A DNA stretch of 64,000 bases from Clostridia bacterium (GTDB taxonomy: Bacteria > Bacillota > Clostridia > UBA1212 > UBA1255), in contig JAZQDE010000036.1 of the NCBI GenBank assembly GCA_045546695.1, positions 46,035 through 110,034 of the forward strand, written 5' to 3'. Position numbers and translations under genes: made by a program. How positions within the stretch are numbered: position 1 is the stretch's first letter; every line of letters starts with the position of its first letter. Below the pieces are notes generated by a model. It was not told the DNA's origin and did not search any database. It worked only from the letters and a program-made list of their open reading frames with translations. Below, in pieces: positions 51,137-59,971 of the stretch.

Positions 51137-51184
51137 ATTGAGTCGTGGAAATAACACAATAACATAATCCGCACTATAATAATC

Positions 51185-51215
51185 AAAAGCCCGCTCAACC
51201 GAGCGGGCTTTTTTT
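51185..51215. terminator. Bidirectional intrinsic terminator
   Basis: aaaagcccgctc-aacc-gagcgggcttttttt between convergent genes. Confidence 0.85.
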
Positions 51216-51234
51216 CACCGTATTGAAATATCAA

Positions 51235-52233
51235 TTATTTTGAAGCCTCTTCAATCGCAACTGCGCAAGCAACTGTCATACCAACCATTGGGTTGTTGCC
51301 GGCACCGATCAGGCCCATCATTTCTACGTGAGCCGGAACTGAAGATGAACCAGCGAACTGAGCATCGCCATGCATACGGCCCATAGAGTCTGTAAGACCA
51401 TATGAAGCAGGACCTGCAGCAACGTTGTCAGGGTGAAGTGTACGACCTGTGCCGCCGCCTGAAGCAACTGAGAAGTATTTCTTACCATTCTCAATAGCCC
51501 ATTTCTTGTATGTGCCTGCAACTAAGTGCTGGAATCTTGTCGGGTTAGTTGAGTTACCTGTGATAGATACTTCAACAGCTTCCTTCTGCATGATAGCAAC
51601 ACCTTCGTTAACGTCGTTTGCTCCGTAGCAACGTACGTTTGCTCTGTCACCATGTGAGAATGCCTTAGTCTCAACAACAGTAAGCTCTCTTGTAGCATAG
51701 TTAAAATCAGTCTTCACATATGTGAAACCATTGATTCTTGAAATAACGTATGCAGCATCTTTACCAAGGCCATTGAGGATAACCTGCAAAGGCTGTTTTC
51801 TTACTTTATTAGCTGTTCTTGCAATACCGATAGCACCTTCAGCAGCTGCGAAAGATTCGTGACCTGCGAGGAAGCAGAAGCACTTTGTCTCTTCGCTGAG
51901 GAGCATAGCAGCTAAGTTACCGTGGCCAAGACCTACGTCTCTTGCGTCAGCAACTGATCCGGGGATACAGAATGCCTGAAGACCAATACCGATAGCGGCT
52001 GCAGCTTCACTTGCGTTTGTGATGCCTTTTTTGATTGCGATAGCGCAACCGAGTGTGTAAGCGTATACAGCATTTTCAAATGCGATAGGCTGAACACCCT
52101 TAACGATGCTTGCTACATCAATGCCTTTTTCCTGGCAGATAGCTACTGCATCTTCTAAAGATTCGATACCATACTCAGCCATAGCTTTGTTGATACCGGC
52201 AATTCTTCTTTCATAACCTTCAAATCTTATCAT
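51235..52233 (-). CDS. GGGtGRT family protein
   Basis: Literal SGGGTGRTLHPDN motif; AGHESFAAAEGA. Confidence 0.93.
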   Translation of the reverse strand: MIRFEGYERRIAGINKAMAEYGIESLEDAVAICQEKGIDVASIVKGVQPIAFENAVYAYTLGCAIAIKKGITNASEAAAAIGIGLQAFCIPGSVADARDVGLGHGNLAAMLLSEETKCFCFLAGHESFAAAEGAIGIARTANKVRKQPLQVILNGLGKDAAYVISRINGFTYVKTDFNYATRELTVVETKAFSHGDRANVRCYGANDVNEGVAIMQKEAVEVSITGNSTNPTRFQHLVAGTYKKWAIENGKKYFSVASGGGTGRTLHPDNVAAGPASYGLTDSMGRMHGDAQFAGSSSVPAHVEMMGLIGAGNNPMVGMTVACAVAIEEASK

Positions 52234-52247
52234 GGGTCTTGTCCTCC

Positions 52248-52940
52248 TTATTCATTTCTCGGGTCAATGACCTTAGCAGCATCAGCAAATCTGCCGTATG
52301 TGCCAATATTCTTTTCGTAAGCTTCTTTAGGATCTACACCCTTTTTGATAGCTTCCATCATCTTGCCTAAGTTAACGAACTTGTAGCCGATAACTTCGTC
52401 ATTTTCATCAAGACCGATGTTGAGAACGTAACCTTCTGCCATCTCGAGGTATCTTACGCCCTTAGCTTTTGTACCGAACATTGTACCAACCTGTGAACGA
52501 AGGCCCTTACCTAAATCTTCAAGACCTGCGCCGATCGGAAGACCGTCTTCTGAGAAAGCTGACTGTGTACGACCGTAAACGAGCTGGAGGAAAATCTCAC
52601 GCATAGCTACGTTGATAGCGTCACAAACGAGGTCAGTGTTAAGAGCTTCGAGAAGAGTCTTGCCGCCTAAAATCTCTGCGGCCATAGCTGCTGAATGAGT
52701 CATACCGGAGCAACCAAGTGTCTCAACGAGAGCCTCCTCAATAATACCATTTTTAACATTAAGTGTAAGTTTGCAAGTACCCTGCTGAGGTGCACACCAA
52801 CCGATACCATGTGATAAACCTGAAATATCAGTGATTTGTTTTGCCTTAATCCACTGTCCCTCTTCCGGGATCGGTGCCGGGCCGTGGTTTGTGCCCTGTC
52901 TTACACAGCACATTTTTTCTACTTCGTGTGAATAATTCAT
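52248..52940 (-). CDS. NifU/IscU-like Fe-S scaffold partner of GGGtGRT protein
   Basis: GWCAPQQG.CKL, ETLGCSG, DLVCDAI. Confidence 0.85.
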   Translation of the reverse strand: MNYSHEVEKMCCVRQGTNHGPAPIPEEGQWIKAKQITDISGLSHGIGWCAPQQGTCKLTLNVKNGIIEEALVETLGCSGMTHSAAMAAEILGGKTLLEALNTDLVCDAINVAMREIFLQLVYGRTQSAFSEDGLPIGAGLEDLGKGLRSQVGTMFGTKAKGVRYLEMAEGYVLNIGLDENDEVIGYKFVNLGKMMEAIKKGVDPKEAYEKNIGTYGRFADAAKVIDPRNE

Positions 52941-53171
52941 TTGCTAAATAAGCCCCTTTCCAAAAAATAAAGCATGCTTTTTTTCTATGAGCGCATACTG
53001 TTTGATTTTACTATTATTCTCAGTTAGTGTCAATAAAAAACAAGCGTCTGATATTCTCTTTTTTGCTTTGAATATATTTCCTTTTTGTGAAAAATACTAT
53101 ATGAAATCTTGATGTTGGCCTTATTTGGTGGTATCATATTTAAAGGTTTAATCAGGAAGGATTAGCATTTT

Positions 53172-54191
53172 ATGGGATATTTCAAGCAAAACATTTCAAT
53201 AGATTTAGGCACGGCAACAGTACTCGTATGCGTAGACGGCAAAGGAGTAGTTATCAAAGCACCCTCAATTGTTGCTGTAAAGGAAGGCACAAATGAAGTT
53301 CTGGCAATAGGAGACGAAGCCCGCCTTATGATGGGCAGGACTCCTTTTGACATTACAACAGTGCGCCCTATACAAAACGGCGTTATCTCCAGCTATACAA
53401 TCACAAAGGCTATGATTGCATATTATGTTGATAAGGCAATCACAAATCCTATAAAGAAAAAGTTCAAGCCTGACTTACTTATTGCTATCCCCAGCAAAAC
53501 GACAAACGTCGAAAAAAGAGCTGTTTTCCAGGCTGCAAGCAGCGTTGCAAAAAGGGTCTTTCTTGTGGAAGAACCTCTCGCCGCTGCTATCGGAGCCGGA
53601 ATTGACATATCAAGACCAACCGGCAATATGATTGTCGATATCGGCGGTGGTACTACAGATATAGCCGTTATTTCATACGATGGTATCGTAACAAGCAAGA
53701 GCGTTAAGGTCGGCGGAGAGACTTTTGATGAGACTGTTAAAAACTATCTCAAAAAGCGTCACAACCTTATGGTCGGTGATGCTACTGCAGAGCAGATCAA
53801 GATAGAAGTCGGCTGCCTCTATCACGGTATCGTATCAAACTCCATAGAAATACGCGGAAGTGATATTCTGACAGGACTCCCTTGCGAGAGAGTTATCACT
53901 TCAGAAGAATTGCTTGAAGTAATGATTGATACAGCCGTTCCGATTCTCGACGGTATACACGCTGTTCTTGAAGAGACACCACCGGAGCTTGCTGCCGATA
54001 TCTATTGCAAAGGTATCGTAATGACAGGCGGCGGCGCACAACTGTCAGGCTTTGACGAACTTATCCGCAAGAGCACCGGCGTAGACGTAATGGTAGCTAC
54101 TGATCCGCAATATTGCGTGGTAAGAGGCTCTATGCAGATACTGAGCGAAATGAGTTCTGACAAAAAAAGACGTTTTGCAATCGGTGGTTAA
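53172..54191 (+). CDS. MreB/Mbl actin-like rod shape protein
   Basis: IDLGTAT, EEPLAAAIGAG, DIGGGTTD, AEQIK, TGGGA. Confidence 0.93.
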   Translation: MGYFKQNISIDLGTATVLVCVDGKGVVIKAPSIVAVKEGTNEVLAIGDEARLMMGRTPFDITTVRPIQNGVISSYTITKAMIAYYVDKAITNPIKKKFKPDLLIAIPSKTTNVEKRAVFQAASSVAKRVFLVEEPLAAAIGAGIDISRPTGNMIVDIGGGTTDIAVISYDGIVTSKSVKVGGETFDETVKNYLKKRHNLMVGDATAEQIKIEVGCLYHGIVSNSIEIRGSDILTGLPCERVITSEELLEVMIDTAVPILDGIHAVLEETPPELAADIYCKGIVMTGGGAQLSGFDELIRKSTGVDVMVATDPQYCVVRGSMQILSEMSSDKKRRFAIGG

Positions 54192-54205
54192 TCCCCCTGA
54201 TGTAC

Positions 54206-55222
54206 CTAACGGAGGCCTATTTTCAAAGTCCCCTCCTTTCTGCCAAAATGGATTATCGAATTATGATGAAGACGAACAGTTTCGCCTTCATCTATTTTTT
54301 TATCGTCCACAAATGTGCCATTCAGAGAATTAAGATCCTTGATAAACCACTTGCCCTTTTCACAGAATATCATGGCATGCTTTCTGCTGACAAAAATAGC
54401 GCTGAGGATAATATCAGCCCATGTAGGATCCCGGCCGATATATAAAACGTCGGTCTTGCCCTTATAATCTATGTTATTGAAGTAATCAACACCATTTACA
54501 CGTATCTTCTTGACCTGCCGTGCCGTTTCACCTTCCGTGGTCACAGCACCTTTGCCCTCCGACAAGAAGCCCAATAAGGAATAGATTAAATTCTTCACTT
54601 TATCTATCATCTGATTACCAATATCTGCCAAGCCCCCGTTTGCCGACCTGATTTTCGTGTTTGCGTACTCCAATATGGTGCTGAACGGCTCACGCTCCTC
54701 TCCCGGCAGAACCCGGAGCTGACGGTCTTCCCAATCTGAAATCATCTTCAATATATCCTTTATCATCTCTTTATACGTGTCATCCTCAAACTCAATCATA
54801 AGAGACACAATGCAAAGCATATCACTGCACCTATTGTCCCTTGCCATAACATCTTTGCCATCATACTCTTCAGGTGCATAGACAAACTCAACGTCCTCAG
54901 CTGATACGCCCCAGAAAACACATTCATAATCAAAAACTATATTGTGAAAATCCTCCCTACAAGTCTCATATATTTTGTTTATCCTTCTGAGCAAACCATA
55001 AAACTCATCTATACTGAAGCCATTTTTAGACACATAATCCTTAAGGGATTGCCTGTGATTCACATAAAAAGAATAACCGTTTCCTTCTTTTGTAATATCA
55101 TGCGGTATATACAAATCATTATACTTGTCAGAAGAAGCATATAGCGTATTTTTGACATCATCAATATCACCATCAAAGCGACACATCACCTTGACACCAA
55201 ATCTTTCTGTGCTGATTCTCAT
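54206..55222 (-). CDS. DUF6382-like + FHA domain protein of the Tad locus
   Basis: C-terminal IGRD..VSRKHA..DLNSLNGTFV. Confidence 0.82.
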   Translation of the reverse strand: MRISTERFGVKVMCRFDGDIDDVKNTLYASSDKYNDLYIPHDITKEGNGYSFYVNHRQSLKDYVSKNGFSIDEFYGLLRRINKIYETCREDFHNIVFDYECVFWGVSAEDVEFVYAPEEYDGKDVMARDNRCSDMLCIVSLMIEFEDDTYKEMIKDILKMISDWEDRQLRVLPGEEREPFSTILEYANTKIRSANGGLADIGNQMIDKVKNLIYSLLGFLSEGKGAVTTEGETARQVKKIRVNGVDYFNNIDYKGKTDVLYIGRDPTWADIILSAIFVSRKHAMIFCEKGKWFIKDLNSLNGTFVDDKKIDEGETVRLHHNSIIHFGRKEGTLKIGLR

Positions 55223-55233
55223 AATCTCACCTC

Positions 55234-55464
55234 CTATAAATTATTAATAGATGAATCCGTTTTTTCTTTGATCTTGTCAAAAATATCGCTCGCAAGATCC
55301 ATGATAAACGTTCTGAATATCAATGCCAGCGTGACCAGAACAGCAATAATGATAATAACTTCTATTGTACTCATACCTCTTCGGTCCTTAAGTACGTGTC
55401 TGCAAAAGCACGAGCGAAGCCCGCACAACAATCCTTGTATTTTATTGTATACAGATAACATCAT
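55234..55464 (-). CDS. Flp1-like type IVb pilin
   Basis: DRRG|MSTIEVIIIIAVLVTLALIFR class III signal. Confidence 0.88.
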   Translation of the reverse strand: MMLSVYNKIQGLLCGLRSCFCRHVLKDRRGMSTIEVIIIIAVLVTLALIFRTFIMDLASDIFDKIKEKTDSSINNL

Positions 55465-56096
55465 AACCCTCCTATCATTTGAATAACAGCCGGTGCCACC
55501 ATAAGAAGTATCATGGCAACCAGCACTGCAGCTGACGGCAACAACATCAGCGTCGTAGCCTCTCCGGCAAGCTTTGTCGCAGTATTCTTACGCTCGCTCC
55601 TGTAAAAAGAAGCAGAATTGACCAGCACCTGTATAATCATGTCATTTCCTTTGCGCGAGTTCTGCACAACCAGAGAAACAAAATTCGTAACACTGGTACA
55701 GCGACACTCCTGTGCCATGTTTTCCAGAGCCACACAATAATCACTGCAAATACCCTTCTCAACAGATTTGACAGCTTTGTCCAGTGCTGCATACAGCGGC
55801 TTTTTCTTGTCACCCGTCGCGCAACTACGGCAAATAGCCTCCCACACATTCAGACCCGACTCCATAAGCATCGCAACGTCAACAAGCAAATCCGGAATCT
55901 GCATATCATAACTGCGCCTCAACCTGGCTACTTTGCGCCGCTTGACAATATCTTCTGCAAAATATCCCATCACCCCACCGAAAGCACCGGCCATAATACA
56001 CAGAAGAGGCTTATTCCCTCCGAGAATCATCAAGACGAGCAATACAAAAAAACCGCAAGCACCATATATAATCTTTTTATTTATTTTACGTAACAA
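55461..56096 (-). CDS. TadC-like T2SS-F membrane protein
   Basis: MQIPDLL..MESGL, AGEATTLMLLP; tad synteny. Confidence 0.8.
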   Translation of the reverse strand: MLRKINKKIIYGACGFFVLLVLMILGGNKPLLCIMAGAFGGVMGYFAEDIVKRRKVARLRRSYDMQIPDLLVDVAMLMESGLNVWEAICRSCATGDKKKPLYAALDKAVKSVEKGICSDYCVALENMAQECRCTSVTNFVSLVVQNSRKGNDMIIQVLVNSASFYRSERKNTATKLAGEATTLMLLPSAAVLVAMILLMVAPAVIQMIGGL

Positions 56097-56124
56097 ACCA
56101 GACCCTCTCCCCTTTTAATAAAAT

Positions 56125-56871
56125 TCAATACTTAACGTCTGCTATCAGACTGCCCATGACGGTTGCAAAAACCAACAATAGCGCGACGACAACCATCACA
56201 ATCCTGCCCACGCCGGTATATAAGGGTGCAATGTACTCAGGGGCAATACTTTTTATCAATATAAGACATCCCACAGGCGCACAAAGCATTATCCGATTAT
56301 TGTACTTAGGCAAATTAAGAGTCTGCTCAATCTCCCTTCGCGTGTCATTTTTGACCTCAAAAGCCGACGAAACGTACCGTATCAGATTAACCATATCAAC
56401 TCCGGAAGGAATGCCATACGAAAGGCAATCAGCAAACATTCTTATATCGTCACACGGACATCTACGCGCCAGAGAATCAAAAGCATCCTGCACGCAATGG
56501 TTATACTCCAGTAGTTTATGCACACGCTCCAGTTCGGCGTGCAGATACTTATATTCCGACTTATCATGCATGACAATCTCGCCGACAGCATTCCTGATTG
56601 TCATGCCTGCACTGAGTGAGGCGCTTAACTTCCTTAAAAATAATGAAAACTCTGCCTCCTGCCGTCGTATCCTGCGCGAGCAGACCTGCTTCGATGCCCT
56701 TTTCACAGAAAATGGCAAAAAAACGACCGCTGCAAAGAGAGTCACGTACCATAATTCAAACATAACGTGCGCAATAACAGCTAAAACAAGAACATAACAC
56801 ACAACGTATGCCGACGTGCGTAGCCTGTCTTCAGATATTAACTTGCCCGATAATAATCTTCCCTTCTTCAT
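56125..56871 (-). CDS. TadB-like T2SS-F membrane protein
   Basis: LSASLSAG, PEYIAPLYT..G; tad synteny. Confidence 0.8.
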   Translation of the reverse strand: MKKGRLLSGKLISEDRLRTSAYVVCYVLVLAVIAHVMFELWYVTLFAAVVFLPFSVKRASKQVCSRRIRRQEAEFSLFLRKLSASLSAGMTIRNAVGEIVMHDKSEYKYLHAELERVHKLLEYNHCVQDAFDSLARRCPCDDIRMFADCLSYGIPSGVDMVNLIRYVSSAFEVKNDTRREIEQTLNLPKYNNRIMLCAPVGCLILIKSIAPEYIAPLYTGVGRIVMVVVALLLVFATVMGSLIADVKY

Positions 56872-57943
56872 ACCCTCTCACCTCCGCAATCTCCCTGACA
56901 AATCTGCGCGCTCTCTCATCCCTCGCAAGCTGCACGATCACATGAATCCCCGACACAATCATCTGCCTTATAGCGGCGCTGCTGACGTGCCCCTCCCACA
57001 GAGCCATCGTCTCAAGCCGGAGAAGAACGTCCGCGGCTGAATTTGCATGAGCAGTCGACATCGACCCTTCGTGACCCGTACACAAAGCCGTGAGCATATC
57101 AAGACTACTCTCATCTCTCACCTCCCCGACAATCAGATGGTCCGGCCGCATCCGCAAGGCCGCCTTTATAAGCTGCCTCATACGTATCTCACCCTTGCCT
57201 TCTGTATTTGCATTACGCGTCTCAAGGCGCACAATATCAGGCTGACAGAGCCTCAGCTCCGCAGTGTCTTCAACTGTGATTATTCTTCTGTTTTCAGGAA
57301 TAAAACCGGCAAGAACATTAAGAAAAGTCGTCTTACCCGATGACGTAGCGCCGGAAATAATAATATTTTTACGCGCGTGAACACAATTAATCAGATAGTC
57401 CGCCTGAAGGCGCGTCAGCGTGCCGTTTGCAATCAGATCTTCCATTGTAAAATTATCGTCGCGAAACTTCCTGACTGTAACAATCGGCCCGTTGATCGCA
57501 ACAGGCGGCAGCACAACATTGACCCGGCTACCGTTTGCAAGCCGCGCATCTACAATAGGATTACTCTCATTAACAGTACGGTTTGCCCACGACAGCATAG
57601 TCTGAATATTATTGAACAAAGCCTCCTTGTCACTATATCTTTTAGGATACAAGACAAGCTCGCCGCCCCGTTCAATATATATGCCGTCCGTGCCATTTAT
57701 CATAATCTCATTGACGGACGGGTCATCAAGAAGAGGCTGAATCATACCGAGCCGCTTCTTTTTATTATATACTTCGGAAACAATCAATTCTCTGTCGACA
57801 CCCTCGGCCGGAATCCGCCCGAAAACTTCCGTGGCAACATCGTCAATCAGGCTGCGTAGCTCACTGTCTGCATACTGCCCGTCATAATTCATCCTACTGC
57901 TGACAAACTTATCAACAATCTCAACATAATGCTTGTTGTCCAT
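56831..57943 (-). CDS. CpaF/TadA secretion ATPase
   Basis: EIMING, GATSSGKTT, EDTAEL, LRMRPD..VGEVR, TGHEG..TAHANS. Confidence 0.95.
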   Translation of the reverse strand: MDNKHYVEIVDKFVSSRMNYDGQYADSELRSLIDDVATEVFGRIPAEGVDRELIVSEVYNKKKRLGMIQPLLDDPSVNEIMINGTDGIYIERGGELVLYPKRYSDKEALFNNIQTMLSWANRTVNESNPIVDARLANGSRVNVVLPPVAINGPIVTVRKFRDDNFTMEDLIANGTLTRLQADYLINCVHARKNIIISGATSSGKTTFLNVLAGFIPENRRIITVEDTAELRLCQPDIVRLETRNANTEGKGEIRMRQLIKAALRMRPDHLIVGEVRDESSLDMLTALCTGHEGSMSTAHANSAADVLLRLETMALWEGHVSSAAIRQMIVSGIHVIVQLARDERARRFVREIAEVRGYEEGKIIIGQVNI

Positions 57944-58023
57944 AAAAAAAGATGCTCAAAAACCTGCGGCAAAAAGCCGCATAAACTTTTCTGAACATCG
58001 AATAATAAAGATACCGTGCAAAA

Positions 58024-58052
58024 ATATTACCGCCAAAAAACCGACCTGTCAA
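58024..58052 (-). promoter_or_regulatory. Sigma-A-type promoter of the tad operon
   Basis: TTGACA (overlapping the rsmI stop), 17-nt spacer, TAATAT. Confidence 0.65.
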
Positions 58053-58888
58053 TAGGTCTTTTTAACTTTTTCACAAATATCGTAAACTTCATTTCTGGAC
58101 TTGCCGCAGGCCTCTGCCACCTGCTTAAGAGCGTCATTTCTTCCCACACCAGACGCGCGTAAGTCATTGACTTTATTATAAATCTCCTCGTCAGACATTT
58201 CACAGGCAGAGCTGACATCGTCCTCGCCGGCGCCCTCTATAATAATAACGAACTCGCCTTTCGGCGGATTTTCGGTGAAATGTTCCGTCGCCTCGGCGCA
58301 AGTGCCTCTGAAAATTTCTTCGTGGAGCTTTGTAAGCTCGCGGCACACTGCAATGCGCCTCTTACCTATATTTTCACCGAGAAGGGCAAGCGTCTTCATA
58401 ATGCGGTGCGGAGCCTCATAAATAATCACTGTGCGCGTTTCTTTTTTAATCATCGCGGTGAAAAGATTTATCTTCTTGTTGTCAGTCCCGATGAAGCCTT
58501 CGAAAACAAACTTGTCTGTAGGAAGCGCTGAGGCAACTAAAGCCGTAATGCCTGCGCAGGCACCGGGCAGAACGCTGACTTCGATATTATTTTCAACAGC
58601 AAGCTTTATAAGGTCGGCTCCCGGATCGGAAATTCCCGGCATACCGGCGTCTGAAACAACCGCTATATTTTCACCGGCACAAAGGCGCGCGATAAGCTCC
58701 TTGCCACGTGATATTTTATTGTGCTCAAAATAACTGATAATGGGTTTTTTAATGTTAAAATGTGTAAGTAATTTAAGCGTGTGCCGGGTGTCTTCTGCTG
58801 CGATGGCATCGCATGAGGAGAGGACTTCCAAACTCCGCCTGGTAATATCTCCCAGATTGCCTATTGGGGTCGGAACAACGTATAACAT
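58049..58888 (-). CDS. rsmI: 16S rRNA C1402 2'-O-methyltransferase
   Basis: PTPIGNLGDIT, AEDTR, SDAGMPGISDPG, YEAPHR, RELTKLHEE. Confidence 0.96.
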   Translation of the reverse strand: MLYVVPTPIGNLGDITRRSLEVLSSCDAIAAEDTRHTLKLLTHFNIKKPIISYFEHNKISRGKELIARLCAGENIAVVSDAGMPGISDPGADLIKLAVENNIEVSVLPGACAGITALVASALPTDKFVFEGFIGTDNKKINLFTAMIKKETRTVIIYEAPHRIMKTLALLGENIGKRRIAVCRELTKLHEEIFRGTCAEATEHFTENPPKGEFVIIIEGAGEDDVSSACEMSDEEIYNKVNDLRASGVGRNDALKQVAEACGKSRNEVYDICEKVKKTY

Positions 58889-59628
58889 CAGTTAATCACC
58901 AGGCCTTTCTCAATAATCAGTTGAGCGCCACCGCCGCGCACAGCCTCAATCAGGAACATCACAGGGCGTTGGGTGGCGTCTGCGTAAACAAATTGAATCT
59001 CTTTCGGTTCAAGACCATGTTTGCGCATCGCTTCTATCGTATCGGCAAGCCTTTCGGGTTTGTTTATCATCATAAATCTGCCAAGCGGCTTTAGCAGTAC
59101 GCCGGCGGCTTTAATTATATCTTCAAGCGTGCAGGATACTTCGTGACGTGCCAGAAAAAGGGAGTCTCTGTCGTTTAAATAGCCGGTGCCGAGCTTGTAA
59201 TACGGAGGATTTGTAACAACACAATCAAACGTGCTGTAAAAAGAACGGTCCTTTGCCATTTTCTTGATATCTTCACATAAAATGGTAATACTTCCGGGTG
59301 CGAGAGTCTTATTCTCTTCATTTAAAAGAACGCTGCGTTTTGCCATATCGGCAATATCTTCTTGTATCTCTACTCCCACAAAAGTGCAGTCGTGCGTCTT
59401 GGCAGACAGCAAAACGGGAATAATCCCGGTGCCGGTGCCGATATCAAGCACGCGTTTGCCGCGGCCGATGTATTTTGCGGCATAATTTGACAGGACGACT
59501 GCGTCAGTGCCGTACCGGAAAGCCTTGTCTTTCTGAAGAATCATAAGCCCCGCAAGCTGCAAATCGTCTATTGTCTCACCTTGTTGAATGTAGCCATTTA
59601 TTTCCAAAACGCACCTCGTTAGATACAC
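58888..59628 (-). CDS. tRNA1(Val) A37 N6-methyltransferase-like (YabB/TrmN6)
   Basis: GTDAVVL, LDIGTGTG, NPPY, ARHE; yabB-rsmI synteny. Confidence 0.88.
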   Translation of the reverse strand: MYLTRCVLEINGYIQQGETIDDLQLAGLMILQKDKAFRYGTDAVVLSNYAAKYIGRGKRVLDIGTGTGIIPVLLSAKTHDCTFVGVEIQEDIADMAKRSVLLNEENKTLAPGSITILCEDIKKMAKDRSFYSTFDCVVTNPPYYKLGTGYLNDRDSLFLARHEVSCTLEDIIKAAGVLLKPLGRFMMINKPERLADTIEAMRKHGLEPKEIQFVYADATQRPVMFLIEAVRGGGAQLIIEKGLVIN

Positions 59629-59677
59629 TTAGACCCCGCTTGTGCATTTAGCATCACACGGGGTCTGTGCGAATTAA

Positions 59678-59848
59678 TTATTCAGCTTTTGGAGCGTCAA
59701 CAGGACAAGCATCTGCACAAGCGCCGCACTCAATGCAAGCGTCTGCGTCGATAACGTACTTGCCATCACCCTCGCTGATAGCTTCTACAGGACATTCGCC
59801 TGCGCAAGCGCCACAGCTGATACAATCGTCAGTAATAATGTATGCCAT
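59678..59848 (-). CDS. Clostridial 2[4Fe-4S] ferredoxin (56 aa, absent from the ORF track)
   Basis: Hand translation MAYIITDDCISCGACAGECPVEAISEGDGKYVIDADACIECGACADACPVDAPKAE; GGAGGT RBS. Confidence 0.95.
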   Translation of the reverse strand: MAYIITDDCISCGACAGECPVEAISEGDGKYVIDADACIECGACADACPVDAPKAE

Positions 59849-59971
59849 ATCAATGCACCTCCGAAAAAATTTGCTAGTTCATTCTATCACTCACCCCCAG
59901 CGGTGTCAATTAATTAAATTTCGCGTTTTTTTGTTTTCGTACTATACTTTACACGATGGAGGTGGCAAAAA

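Noticed and set aside
57944-58020. c-di-GMP riboswitch upstream of tad
   Set aside because: It lacks the GGCAAA/GAAA-tetraloop/receptor signature.
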